Assembly (NCBI GenBank): GCA_043228905.1
Contig: JBHGNT010000013.1
Location: 6,820,001 to 6,884,000 of the forward strand
DNA: 64,000 nt
Reading direction: 5' to 3'
Source: Azolla caroliniana
Lineage: Eukaryota; Plantae; Polypodiophyta
This document shows positions 37,268 through 50,242 of this stretch, in pieces. The notes beneath the pieces are model-generated. The model did not search any database and was not told the origin of the DNA. It saw only the letters and a list, made by a program, of their open reading frames with translations. The position numbers were made by a program, and so were the translations under genes. The first letter of the stretch is position 1; every line of letters starts with the position of its first letter.

Positions 37268-39490
37268 AGCCCTGCATTGGAAGGCCCGCATGAGTTTGAA
37301 AGCTTCGAATAACCCTGAAGTTTTCACTAACATATACTAAATCTCTCCACTTGTTTCACCTTCAAACGGTTACTCCTTTTTGTATGTGCTAATGCATGTG
37401 CATTCCAATTTCTTTCAACAGCTCCAGAAGAGCAATCCTATGACACCAAGTATTAAGCAAACAATACATGTCATTGTATTATGTAGAAGATTAATAAATT
37501 TGAAACATTAATAAAAAAATGAAATATAATACCTGAGACAATACTCTACAAGCTAACGATTGTAGTAAGGGCACATTGTCCCCATATCTTTCTCACCATG
37601 AGACAGGTTTACATTTTTTGTGTGATTTTGATATTTCATTGCTAGTTCATTGCTAAATCTATCGACACCATTCCTATACATGTCAAATTGATCTTCAAGG
37701 TTTCACATTCATGTATAGAATATACCTTTTGAATATATGCAAGCCATCCATCTGTCATGTCTTCATTCATAACTATTGGTTGCTCTTTGGGCTTCCATAA
37801 AGGATGCAAAATATGTGCAACAATATGAATTGGCTTTTTGAACCACGACCAACGACAATCAAAACATTCCAAAACCTCTTTATATTTGCATTAACATTTG
37901 AATTTGAACCAAAATTCGAAATCAGTTACCAAAATATGCATAATGTAGTTGATATCAATGATTCAAAGAAATGAAAAAGATGCAATAAACAAGAAATGTA
38001 CATACTAAGTCCGTAGAAACATATTACCTGTCCTTGTTTAATGTGTCCTCTTTCGCTCCTTGTTTAAATTTGTCTCTAGCCCTCCTCATGAACTCATAAA
38101 GTAAGCCCATTGTAGATCCTTCACGATCATTTAGCCGCAAAACAGAAAACAGTGGGCGCATAATCGAAATTACAATCATAATTGAAGGAAAACTAGAGTT
38201 ATCTTGCACAATGGACTTCACCTTGACCGCATCCGGCTTTTTGGAGTCACTCCAATCCTCCCAATAGTTACTAACCACAATTTGTTCAAGGGGTCTCCAA
38301 ACTCTTGCCAGCCTCTCAAGGACAATAAGAATGTAGCCAAATCGAGTGGCACTTGGCCTAAGTAGCACAAGAGATGAATAGTTCCTGAAAATTTTTCGTG
38401 CATTCCTTTTCTTGGTGAATAGTCTAACCACACAATTTCATCTCTTGTGCACTTGACGAACCCAACTCAACTTCCCAATATCCTCTAGCAATAAATCTAA
38501 ACAATGTGATGTACAAGGAGTCCATACAAGGTTTGGGAATTCAGTCTCTAGAATGTGACCCATCCTAACACAATTAGATGCATTATCCGTGACAATTTGC
38601 AACACATTTTCTACTTTTACTTCCTTTATCGCAATTGATAGCATTTCAGCCAACCATGGACCATCAACCCTTGTAGAAACACCCCTACAATCAATAGTTT
38701 TAAGGTACGTTGTGCCATAACAACATGAGACCAAAATATTCAGAAATGCTCGCTTGCTAGTGTCAATCCATCCATCTGAAAGTATGGTAACTCCATATTT
38801 TGGCCAAAGGGCTTTCACATTTTCCACTTTGTTTTGCACATTCAAATGCTCTTTCTTTAAATATTTAACTCTTAAATCATTGTAGATAATACCACTATAC
38901 TTTTCCCCAATATCAGAGAAAGCTAACAACATGTTCCTCCAACATGACATTTTCAAAAGATTAAAAGATAGATTACCTTCCACGATGCATCTAACCAACA
39001 TTGTGTTTGCATGTTCTTTCTTGATCAACATAGCGACGCTTGATCCTCTCCTTATCGTGCTTTGAGTGAGACTTTTTCTTGTTCAACCTTCTGTATCTTC
39101 AATATCAATAGGAATTTGGTCTATTGAATCCTTCTTAGATGTGGCACATATGCTATGCATTGAAGGTTGTGATTGGAACATTGAATCAACCATTGAATCC
39201 ACCATGCCTTCTTGAAGCTCAATTTGTTTTTCCATGGCTTCTACTTCTTTAATGCATTTTAGCTTCTTGTGAGTCAATTCACTTTCTTGTGCTACTGCTA
39301 TAGCATCGTGATATGTCTCTAGAGTTACTTGCACCTTTAATTCTAGCAAGGTGAGCAACTAAACGTGTTAGTGTCCCAGACCCATGAAAACCACATAATT
39401 TGCAATCCCAATAATAGTTCCCAGATGACTTCCCAGCTTGTTTGTTCAAACCATATTTATCCCATAAGGGGGGTTCCTTGTGTGGCATAG
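37268..39490 (-). pseudogene. Spliced hAT transposase (BED finger, DUF659-like core, dimerisation domain), copy A
   Basis: WDCKLCGFH...RLVAHL; TILSDGWID; QIVTDNASN; WTPCTSHCLDLLLEDIG; RPSATRF; CSSGAVERNW on the minus strand near 37400-37440; frameshifts and AT-rich introns. Confidence 0.9.
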
Positions 39491-39777
39491 TGTCATGATA
39501 TTGCAAAACTCGAACCCATGACCTTATGCTACATGGGTAGAGCTCTTGACCATCAGATTATACATTGTAATACGTAGATTTTCATTTATGTTTTATTATA
39601 GAAAATTGATGTATATTCCAGAATTCTCTGGAACATTCTAGAAACTTAAGGAGTATTCCTTAGAACACTATAAAAGGAGGCACACGACATTATTTCAAAC
39701 CAAATCGGTTCAACGCCAGTCTTAAGCCTCCTAGCTACTATACATTTTCTTCACATAATATATATCTTTTCTTATCA

Positions 39778-39825
<48 letters not shown>

Positions 39826-42800
39826 CCTCTCACTCACTCTTTCCTTCTCTCGAGAATTCTTCACCTCTCTTAGTACTAATACTTCTTTTAGTACCAATTC
39901 CTTCTCTGTCTTAGTATTGTTCCTGACAGTTTGAACCGATTTTCCCTACCTTCTGTCTCTCTCATTTCCTACTAATCTCTTATTCCTCTTTTCTTTCATC
40001 CCATGGCCACAGTTAGCGTCGAAGAATATCAATCTGTTTTTTCGGAATTTCAATGCTTGAAAGAGAAGTTCCATGATTTGGAACAAGAAAACCAACTGTT
40101 GCTGGGGGATCTTTAGCAAATCTCCTTAGAAAAGCAGCAAACGCAACAACAACATGGGGAACTTGCGTTACGCTTGCAACAACTCGAAGCCACCATCGTA
40201 GCGATGCAACAACAAGGGCCCGGAACACAAGGGATTCATAAAGAACCCAAGATTGGCCTTCCCACAAAGTTCAATGGAACGCGATCGCAGTTGAGAGGGT
40301 TCCTTAACCAGGTACGATTAGTTATTCAAATGCATCCTTCCCGATATCCCACCGATGCATCACGAGTGGGTTTAGTAGGCACTTTGTTAATTGGCTCAAC
40401 ATTGGCATGGTTCACTCCACTATTAGAAAAGGAATCTCCGTTACTCAACAATTTTGAAGAGTTTCTAGGTGAGTTTAAAGCATGTTTCGGAGATACTGAC
40501 AGCATCAGGACCGCAATCAACAAAATTCGGCGATTACGCCAAGGTGACCGTCCAGCCTCTGCATACGCTGCAGATTTTCGTCTACTCGCCGCCGATATCC
40601 CTTGGGATGATCAAGCGTTGATGGAGCAATTCCGTTATGGTTTACGCAACGACGTCAAGGATTTACTCTTGACCTTCCCCGAAGAGCCAAAGTCCTTAAC
40701 AGAAGCAATCAGTCGCGCGGTGAGATGTGACAACCGCCTCTTTGAGCGACGTTCAGAACGACAACTACAAATGCCGAGGGCAAGATCAGGGCCCACCTAC
40801 GCCTCAGTGGTATCAAGACCTTTTCTAAGGGAGTCATATAATGCGCCTCCAGCGAATACTCCGACTCCGATGGAGATTGACACTACACGTCGTCGAGGGC
40901 CATTATCCGAAGAAGAAAAGTAGCGACGCCATACAAATCGACTATGTCTTTACTGCGGTGGACCAGGACATATTGCAATAAATTGCCCCCATAGGCCAAG
41001 AAGACAGGTAAACCAAATAGTTGCTAGTTCTCATTGTGCTAAACCCGAGCCTATTTTAGTAGGGATATCTGATAGTCCTAATAGTACTAATAGCCCAAAT
41101 CTAGCAAACAGATTTGATGTCCTTAGTCAGTTAGAAGAAAAGTTAAACGACTAAGTCCAGCCAAAATAGGAGCCATTTGGTTGGACAGCCCTAGATCTAT
41201 GCAGCCCATTAGTGGTTCCATTCCCTCTAAGCAAGTCAGTGATGTGTTCGTAGCCCAAGTAATAGTTAGTACTAAAAGTACCCCTCCAGTACATGTCCTA
41301 GCACTCCTAGATTCCGGAGCTAACTCTTGCTTTATGGTTAAGAAATTTGCTCAAGCTCATAAGATATCCCTAAGAAAACTACAGTGTCCAGCCTCTGTAG
41401 TAGTCATTGATGGACATCCCATTGCTTCCGGAAATATCATAGATGAGTCAGAGCCCATTAATATTGTCCTAGATAACTTAGCATGTGTAGTATCATTTAA
41501 TATTATTAGTATCCGAGAACATCCCATAGTTTTAGGATTACCGTGGTTCGAGTTCCATAACCCAGACATAGATTGGAGAACAAGAGAAATCCGGTGTCGA
41601 CAAACCCAAGGGTCAACTCAGAACATGGCAACCATTTCGCTATGTCAGTTGCGTAAAGAAGGGCGCAAGGAAGAAATGCTCCTCTTTTCAATATCAGTAA
41701 ACCCCTCCAGCACCATTAAAGAAGAATCCACCGTTCAACTTCCCGAGAAGTATCGTCATTACGTCGATGTGTTCGATAAAGTACACGCCAACACACTTCC
41801 TCATCATCGACCGTACGATTGCCCCATCGATTTACAACCAGGAAAAGAGCCGCCATGGGGACCGATCTACAATTTGTCACCAACCGAGCTGGAAGTCCTT
41901 CGGGCCTATATAGAGGAGAATTTGGAAAATGGTTTCATTTGGCATTCGAAATCTCCAACTGGCGCGCCCATTTTCTTCGTCAAGAAAAAGGATGGATCTC
42001 TTCGTCTCGTTGTAGATTACCGTGGCCTGAATAAGGTTACAATCAGGAATAGGTATGCTCTTCCCCTTATCTCAAGTCTTTTAGAACGTCGTACGGATCC
42101 GACCAGGAGACGAATGGAAGACCGCGTTTCGCACCAGATATGGGTACTTCGAGTATACGGTCATGCCGTTCGGCCTCACTAATGCGCCGGCAGTCTTCCA
42201 ACACATGGCTAATGATATATTCCGAGATCTATTGGATGATTGTTTGATCATCTATTTGGATGATCTACTGGTTTATTCAAAGACCCAAGAAGAACATGAT
42301 TCTCATGTACTATTAGTACTAAAACGACTTCGAGAACATGGTCTGTATGCAAAGCTGGAAAAATATAGTTTCGGGTGCAACCAAGTGGAATTTCTCGGGT
42401 ACATCATTTCGTCAGAAGGCATCTCCATGGACCCAGCTAAGATCAAAACGGTGGTAGAATAGCAGACTCCACGTTCGGTGCGGGATGTGCAATGCTTCCT
42501 AGGCTTTGCCAATTTTTACCGGAAGTTCATACAAGATTACTCAAAGATCGTTCTACCTCTCACACAACTTACCAGGAAGGGACAACCGTTCATTTGGTCT
42601 GAAGAAACGGATGTGGCTTTCGAGAGTCTTAAAAAGGCATTTACATCAGCTCCAATTCTAGCTCATGTCGATCCAGAAAAACCATTTATTATCGAAGCTG
42701 ACGCATCGGATTATGCATTGGGGAGCATTCTGTCACAACAGGGGAATGATGAGAAGCTACATCCTGTGGCTTTTCACTCACGCAAGTTTGACGCCGCCGA

Positions 42801-44966
42801 AATCAACTACGAAATTCATGATAAGGAGTTGTTGGCAATAGTGGATTCTTTTATGCAATGGAGGCATTTTCTGGAGGGATCCTCTCATCCGGTCACCGTA
42901 TTTAGTGACCACAAGAACCTTGCCTACTTTCAGGATGCTCGTGTGTTGAATCGACGTCAAGCTCGGTGGGCCCACTTCCTCACGCGTTTCGACTTCAAAA
43001 TTACATATCGTCCGGGGAAGCACCAAGGGAAGGCAGATGCATTATCACGGCGTTCGTATCTAGCACCCTGTCCCGGCGACCCAACTTTCGATAACCAAAA
43101 ACAAGTCATCTTGGGACCGGCACGACTACAAGCAACAAAGATCTTTGGCATGCCCATGGATTCCCGCGTTATCGATACCATATGTGAAGATTTGAAGACA
43201 GATGCGTTCGCCCAAGCTATACTAGCACAAATTGATCCCTCTCGAGCGTCGTGTTCATAGTCGCAACCACCAGGTACGGACTATCGACAATTCAAATACC
43301 ATGATGGATTACTCTTCTTTAAAGAACTTTTATATGTTCCTAATGGTTCTTGCCGCCTTCAAGTAGTACAAAACTGTCATGACACATATACAACTGGGCA
43401 TTTTGGTAGTACTAAAACACTACATTTAGTACAACAATCATTCTGGTGACCCTGTATGCGACAATTTGTCGAGGATTTTGTTCGGACTTGTGATACATGG
43501 TGCAGAGCGAAAATGCCAAGGCATCATCCATATGGTTTATTAGAACCATTCCCAATTCCAAGCAAGCCGTGGCAATCCATTGCTCTAGACTTCATCACAG
43601 ATCTTCCAGTCTCTCAAGGGGTTCAATGCGATTCTAACGGTGGTCGATCGATATACGAAGATGGCTCATTTCTTGCCATGTATTAAGGAGATCTCTAGTG
43701 AAGACACTGCCGAAATTTTCATGCGTGAAGTATGTCGGCATCATGGACTCCCCAATAGTATCATTAGCGACCGTGGACCCCAATTCGTGTCAAAATTCTG
43801 GAAGCACCTTTTTAACATGCTCAAGGTCACTTGTAACCTCTCCTCTGGCTACCACCCACAAACCGACGGCCAAGCCGAACGAACCAATCAAACGCTGGAG
43901 CAGTATCTGTGGTGGTTTCTCAGCTATCATCGGGATGACTGGGCAGATATTCTCCACTTCACCGAATTTTCCTATAACAACTCTATCCACGCATCCACGA
44001 AAGTTACGCCATTTTATGCTTATACGGGATGTCACCCCCGGTGGTGTGTACTTGAAACCCCAGAGGTGTCCACAAATCCTTGCACAGAGGATCGTTTGGA
44101 GAGGTTACGCAAGATACAAGCGGATTTATCTACTCATCTCCAACAAGCTCAACAAACACACAAGGTTTATGTGGATCGTCATCGACTCCCATCTAGTTTT
44201 AACATTGGAGATCGGGTATGGCTACTCCGACGACACATCAAGACTACTCGCCTATGCGAGAAGTTGGATTATCGGCGATTAGGTCCTTTCCGTATTATCG
44301 GAAAGATTAATGATGTCGCTTTTCATCTTGATCTACCTCCACAACTTCGGATACATCCGGTATTTCATAGTTCTCTCCTCGAACCCTATCAAGAAAGCAC
44401 CATCCCAGGACGTATTACACAGCCTCCACCCTCGATCGAGCTTGAAGATGGACCTGAGTACAAGGTTGTCGCCATCCTTGATTCCAAGCTTGTTCACAAC
44501 AAGCTCTACTATCTAGTCGACTGGTTAGGATATAGTCCCAGCGAGCGTACTTGGGAACCGATAGAGAATGTCACCAATGCTCGTGCTCTTCTTGAAGACT
44601 TCCATTGTCAATATCCAGACAAACCGGGTCCTCAATCCAAAACGACTCGTTACACTCATTGTTTTAAAAGGGGGATAGTGTCATGATATGGCAAGACTCG
44701 AACCCATGACCTTATGCTACATGGGTCGAGCTCTTGACCATTAGACTATACATTGTAATACATAGAATATTATTTTCATTTATGTTTTATTATAGAAAAT
44801 TGATGTATATTCCAGATTTCTCTGGAACATTCTAGAAGCTTCAGGACTACTCCTGAGAGCAATATAAAAGGAGGCACAAGGCATTATTTCGAACCAAATC
44901 GGTTCAACGCCAATCTTAAGCCTCCTAGCTACTGTACATTTTCTTCACATAATATATATCTTTTCT

Positions 44967-45035
<69 letters not shown>

Positions 45036-45162
45036 GATCTCTCGATCTCTCTCTCCCTCCCTCTCACTCACTCCTTCCTTTTCTCGAGAGTTCTTCACCT
45101 CTCTTAGTACTAATACTTCTTTTAGTACTAACTCCTTCTCTGTCTTAGTACTGTTCCTGACA
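39491..45162 (+). mobile_element. Degenerate full-length Tcn1-type chromovirus (second subfamily), no matching TSD
   Basis: LTRs 39491-39928 and 44679-45162 are diverged; gag 40003-41154 with stops; pol 41150-44670 with an RT deletion, stops and frameshifts; flanks catag / ggtat. Confidence 0.95.
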
Positions 45163-45489
45163 GGTATAGATTATCAGCAATTCAAATGTCCTAGGGTGAA
45201 AGCATGCGAGTGGAAACAATTAGCTATGTCCTTGACATAGCTAATTAGCTATGCAAAAAGCTACTAGTGATAAATAGCCACTTTTGCACCATGAATGAAA
45301 ACATTAGAATGTTTTAATTATATAAATGAGCACCATAAATGTGCAATATATACGTGCCACATAAATGGATATGTGCACCATAAATTATATACTAAATTCC
45401 TAGGTCCATAATGCATTATTCATTGCCACATCTCGTTGGCCATCACTTTGTGACTATTAAGGCTTAGATTAGTGTCACTATTCCTAAAC

Positions 45490-46188
45490 ACTGTTGAGTC
45501 CACTCCGACATTTCCCCTATTCTACACTCAGTTTCCGCCATTGTGCGGTCCAAGCATCATCTGCCACTATTTGATCCAACGGAGTTCACTCCTCCATTGC
45601 CACCATTCTACATTAAGTTGTCGCCATTGTTCGGTCCAAGCATCATATACCATTGTTCGCTCATGTTGAGTTCACTCCTCCATTGCCGTTATTCTACACT
45701 CAGTTGCCACTATTGTTCAATTGTGGATTGTTGCCACTCTCTGATCCAATGGAGTTCACTCCTCCTCCACTGCCACCATTCTACACTCAGTCGCCGCCAC
45801 TGTGCGTTCCAAGCATCATCTACCATTGTTCGATCTAACGTTCACTCTTCCATTCCCACAATTCTACACGCAGTTGCCTCAACTGTTTGGTCCAAGAATC
45901 ATCTACCACTGTTCTCTCCAATTGAGTTCACTCTTCCATTGTCGCCATTCTACACTCATTTGTCGCCACTATTCAGTCCAAGCAACTTCTGCCACTGTTC
46001 GCTCTTATTGAGTTCACTCCTCCATTCCCCCATTCTACACTCAGTTGCCGCTACTATTCGGTCATGGATTGTTGCCACTGTTCGATCCAACGGAGTTCGC
46101 TCCTCCACTACCGCCATTCTACACTCAGTTGCCACCATTGTGCGTCCCAAGCATCATCTGCCACTATTCGATCTGACGGAGTTCACTC
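45490..46188. repeat. ~85-bp tandem array (about 8 units; continues at 55013-55150 beyond the hAT)
   Basis: attctacac recurs at about 45519, 45605, 45691, 45778, 45861, 45947, 46032 and 46116, then 55033 and 55116. Confidence 0.9.
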
Positions 46189-46358
46189 CATGGTTGTAAC
46201 ATATGTAGCATACCGTACGTGTACAATACACATGCCACGTATTTTATAAGTATTCTAAAAATAATTTATAAGTTCTTAGAATATGTATTTAAAGGTAAAA
46301 TACGTTGAATACGTTGAGTACGTTTTGAATACGTTGAATACATCAAATACTTGAAAAC

Positions 46359-47128
46359 TGTTGAGATTTGACGCTATCAAATCTTTCGCCTCTCGGCCAC
46401 AACCGAGACAACACGGATCAATGCAGCAGAAAATGAGAAAAAACACAGAGAGACGAATACACAGGGTATAACGTGGAAAACCCTAAACGGGAAAAACCAC
46501 GGGAGTGCACGACTCCAACTATCACTATACACTGGGATATACAATGGCGAGCTGCAAGGCGACGACCTTGAGCTCGCTGTCCTCGCCACAGGCGGCGGTA
46601 TTACACAGAGGCGTCGACCTCTTCGTTTCTATCTCTCTCGGCTGCTCTCTTCACTCTCTCTAAGTGGAAAAACAGAAAACTGAGTAGCAACATAAACTGT
46701 TTGCCCTAAGTCATATTTATACACATATGACTTTCGGGCTATTTACAAATATAGCCTCGAGGGCCCTTGGCAAACATATTCACAAATATGTCCCCGCATC
46801 CGGATCTCTCTCCGGGTACGCTCATCATCCGGCTCCGTAGCCGGGGTCTTCATCATCCGGCTCCGTAGCCGGGTCTTCGTCATCCGGCTCCGTAACCGGG
46901 GTCTCTTCATCCGGCTTCATGCCGGGTACTCTTCATCATCCGGATCCGTATCCGGGTACTCTTCATCCGGCTTCATGCCGGGTACTCTTCATCATCCGGA
47001 TCCGTATCCGGGTACTCTTCATCCGGCTCCATGCCGGGTACTCTTCATCCTCCGATTCCGTAACCGCAACCGGGCTTGCCGTCAGTCATCTCCGGACATC
47101 CCATCCGGAGGGACCGTAAATCCCAACA
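46359..47128 (-). mobile_element. Solo LTR with GC-rich catccggctccgtagccggg tandem repeats (46795-47070)
   Basis: tgttg...caaca ends; TSD AAAAC (46354-46358, 47129-47133); absent from hAT copy A. Confidence 0.92.
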
Positions 47129-48050
47129 AAAACCACTGATGTTGAATGCAAACATACTTGTAATTTGAATACTATATAGTAAATACCAATTATCTTTATT
47201 GCCCATGCATAAATGGTTATCTATATTTTAATACATTATACACGTGATATACATATTTTAAAATGAAAGTGGACACTAGAGATTCGAGAACACAATTGAA
47301 GTTTGAACCAAAACACATATCATTTGAACCCTCAAATCATGGAAAATGAATAGAGTGATTAAAAAACTATTAGAATTTAAAACTTTCTTCAAAGTTCATA
47401 CTCATAGTTATTGGTTCTCAAATTCAAAATTAAAATAAATATGTAAAAAGTTAAAACCAACAATACATATCTCCATGAATTTTTCGATTATATTTCTTCT
47501 TCTAAATCATCATTAGAAGATTTTGTTGTTGTATCATCATAATTGTCCACATAATCACTATGAGAAGATGAATCAACAATGGCATTATCAATGTCTTCAT
47601 CCTCTTGATCTCAATCATCATTACCAAATTCAGCATTGCAAGCCTCAGTTGTAGTTTGTCGAGTAATTATCCTTCTCGTACTTGCAACTCTCACACAAGC
47701 ATGACTACGAACACATCCACGACCTTTTCTAATAGTGCTAGAACTTGATCCCACCAATCCTTCATCCACTATCATAGCAGCAAACTTAGATCTACTTTGA
47801 GTAACCCGACCAAACCTTTGATCTACTTTGAGTAACCCGACCAATATGCATATCCTCAGCTTCCTCAAAATATGCTTGTGCGACTTGAGTATCGATATTG
47901 ATTGTTGATGGAGGCATTTCGAGAGTCTTGTAAATGTCTATCTCATCTAGATTTACCTAAATCAAATAATATTTTGGTATCATAATAATGATTCATAATA
48001 TTTAAACCACAACCAATTAACAAGGCTTGTTAATTAACAAGGCATCTCAT

Positions 48051-48790
48051 CTGCATCCGACTTCGCACTAGGAAGCGTATTATCCCAGATTAGCAATGAT
48101 GGCCAACTACACCCTGTGGCTTTTCATTCACGGAAATTTGAAGCTGCAAAAATCAACTATGAGATTCACGACAAAGAGCTTCTTGCCATTGTGGATTCTT
48201 TTCAACAATGGCGTCATTTTTTGGAGGGTTCGTCTCAACAAATCCTTGTCTATAATGATCACAAAAATCTAACGTACTTCCAAAGTGCTCGAGTCTTGAG
48301 TCGTCGACAAGCTCGTTGGGTGCAGTTCTTAACTCGTTTTGATTTCGTAATTCTATATTGCCCTAGGACGCAACAAGGAAAAGCGCGTGCTTTATCTTGG
48401 CGTTTGTATATGGAACTTCAACCAGGGGAGGCTGCATTTGAAAGTCAGAAGTTCATATCTTGGGTCCTAACCGTCTACGACTAATGGCATTTCATGCTAT
48501 AGACACACTTGGGGATTCAAGTCTTCTAGACTCCATTCGAGAGCATATTGAGACTGATGAATTCGCCCAAGACATTCTGAACCATATTATCCTAGATCGT
48601 GCTTCTTGTTTACAATCTGAAAATCCTCGTCAAGACTACAACCAATTCAATGGGCATGATGGTTTACTTTTTCGACAAAATCTCTTATATGTGCCTGATG
48701 GTCCTTCTCGACTCCAAGTCTTGCAACAATGTCATGACACACCAATGGCTTGACATTGCGGCATCCACAAGACTTTGGTGTTAATTTTGT
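48051..48790 (+). pseudogene. Tcn1-like RNase H/linker fragment (divergent family)
   Basis: ASDFALG, AFHSRKF...[25 protein letters not shown]. Confidence 0.88.
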
Positions 48791-50084
48791 TGTCCATGGG
48801 ACAAAAAGATAAATTAGTTAAATGTAATACGCCGGTAGGTAAGGCTAGTAGGTGAGGAAGGTAGAGTTAGGAAAACACCGAATTTCGAGCCTCACAGTCA
48901 CCCAACGGTTTGGCTCTGTATGAAGAATAGTATATAAACCGAGGTTTGCGTACCTCGGTAGGGGGAGATATCTAGAGTATAGGCGAGGTCGTTTTCATAG
49001 TTACAAGAGCTCTGTAAGGTCACCGGCCGTGAGCCGTGTTTTGTAATCATCGATAACTGTTTGCAGTAATACATATCTATTAGCTCTTATTGTTTTCATC
49101 TGTGTTCCTTCGTTCCTACAATCTCAACTACGTATACGCCCCGGGTTATATTCCGAGTATGCTCTCCGTTCTCTTCCCCTAACGACACCTCCGTGTACAA
49201 GTCTTCATGTTCCACTTCCCTTGATACCGATAGCCTGTAGGCATATCGAAAGTGTTTCCAAAGGAATGGATAACACAATTTGGCACGCCCGGTTACAGCT
49301 GTGAGATCACAACGAACTACGTTGAAGGCAACCATCAGCCGCCATTACGGCGCCCAATCACACCAAGCAATCTCGGCCACCTGCCCGAAGCCCTGAGCTA
49401 GTCGAAGGAACTTCCGACTCGGCAGTCATGGACTAGTCTTTCCAAGAAATATCGGAGGCTCACCTCACCGGTTGCAATCCTCGCCATTTGCTACTCGGTC
49501 ACGAGTTGATTCCACACCAACCTCTCCACCAAGCCCTCCAGAGGTCACCCACCCTGACCCTAACCCTTTTCCGATTTTACCGGAAGATCCAGATTTCGAT
49601 ACCATGCCATATCCTTACCCACGATACACCGACGGCCCCGACGCGGAGTCACACATCCGTGCCTTCGTGTCCAGATGGCAGGCCAACCACTCAACGCAGC
49701 AACTCTCGCTTGCCGAAATTGATGCCTCAGAAATTGCCGATTTTACGATATCCCTCGATGGACCAGCTGCGCAATGGTATTCTCGCCTCGACGTAGGGGA
49801 GTTTATCACCTTCTAAGTCGTTCGCACGAAGTTCCTAGAACTTTTCCATCGCGAGGTGCACAAACAAGAACTGCTCCAACAGTTCTTTTCCATGAGCCAA
49901 GAATCGCACGAGATGATCGCATAGTTCACGATCTGGTTCTAGGATCTCTACAGACAAGTGGCCAATGATGTCTCTGCACAGCACATTCCGGACGCATTCC
50001 TGTCCAGCTTACGGGAGCCTCTACGGACGACTCTCGCACCTACTAATTTTACCAACCAAAAGATCGAACAAGTCATAGCGCGCG
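48791..50084 (+). mobile_element. 5' part of a Tat/Athila-like Gypsy (LTR, PBS, gag start)
   Basis: LTR about 48791-49277 (TG...CA, tatataaa at 48931); PBS tggcacgccc 49281-49290; gag-like DAESHIRAF...SLDGPAAQWYS. Confidence 0.7.
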
Positions 50085-50242
50085 TCTCATCTGGATTTAC
50101 CTAAATCAAATAATATTTTGGTATCATAATAATGATTCATAATATTTAAACCACAACCAATTAACAAGGCTTGTTAATTAACCTACAAATTTCAAATGGT
50201 TTTCTAAATATCAAATGTCAAACATGAATAAGAAAGATGTAG

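Larger units (their letters stand above)
30555..39490 (-). mobile_element. Tag1-like hAT transposon copy A (5' arm missing), split by the intact Tcn1
   Basis: Terminus catggttgtaac at 30555; aatacgttg subterminal repeats; colinear with copy B. Confidence 0.92.

Noticed and set aside
45490-46188. CRISPR-like array, or the 218-aa proline-rich protein at 45543-46199
   Set aside because: Whole units repeat with no unique spacers and no cas genes; the ORF is a translation of the minisatellite and is cut by the hAT
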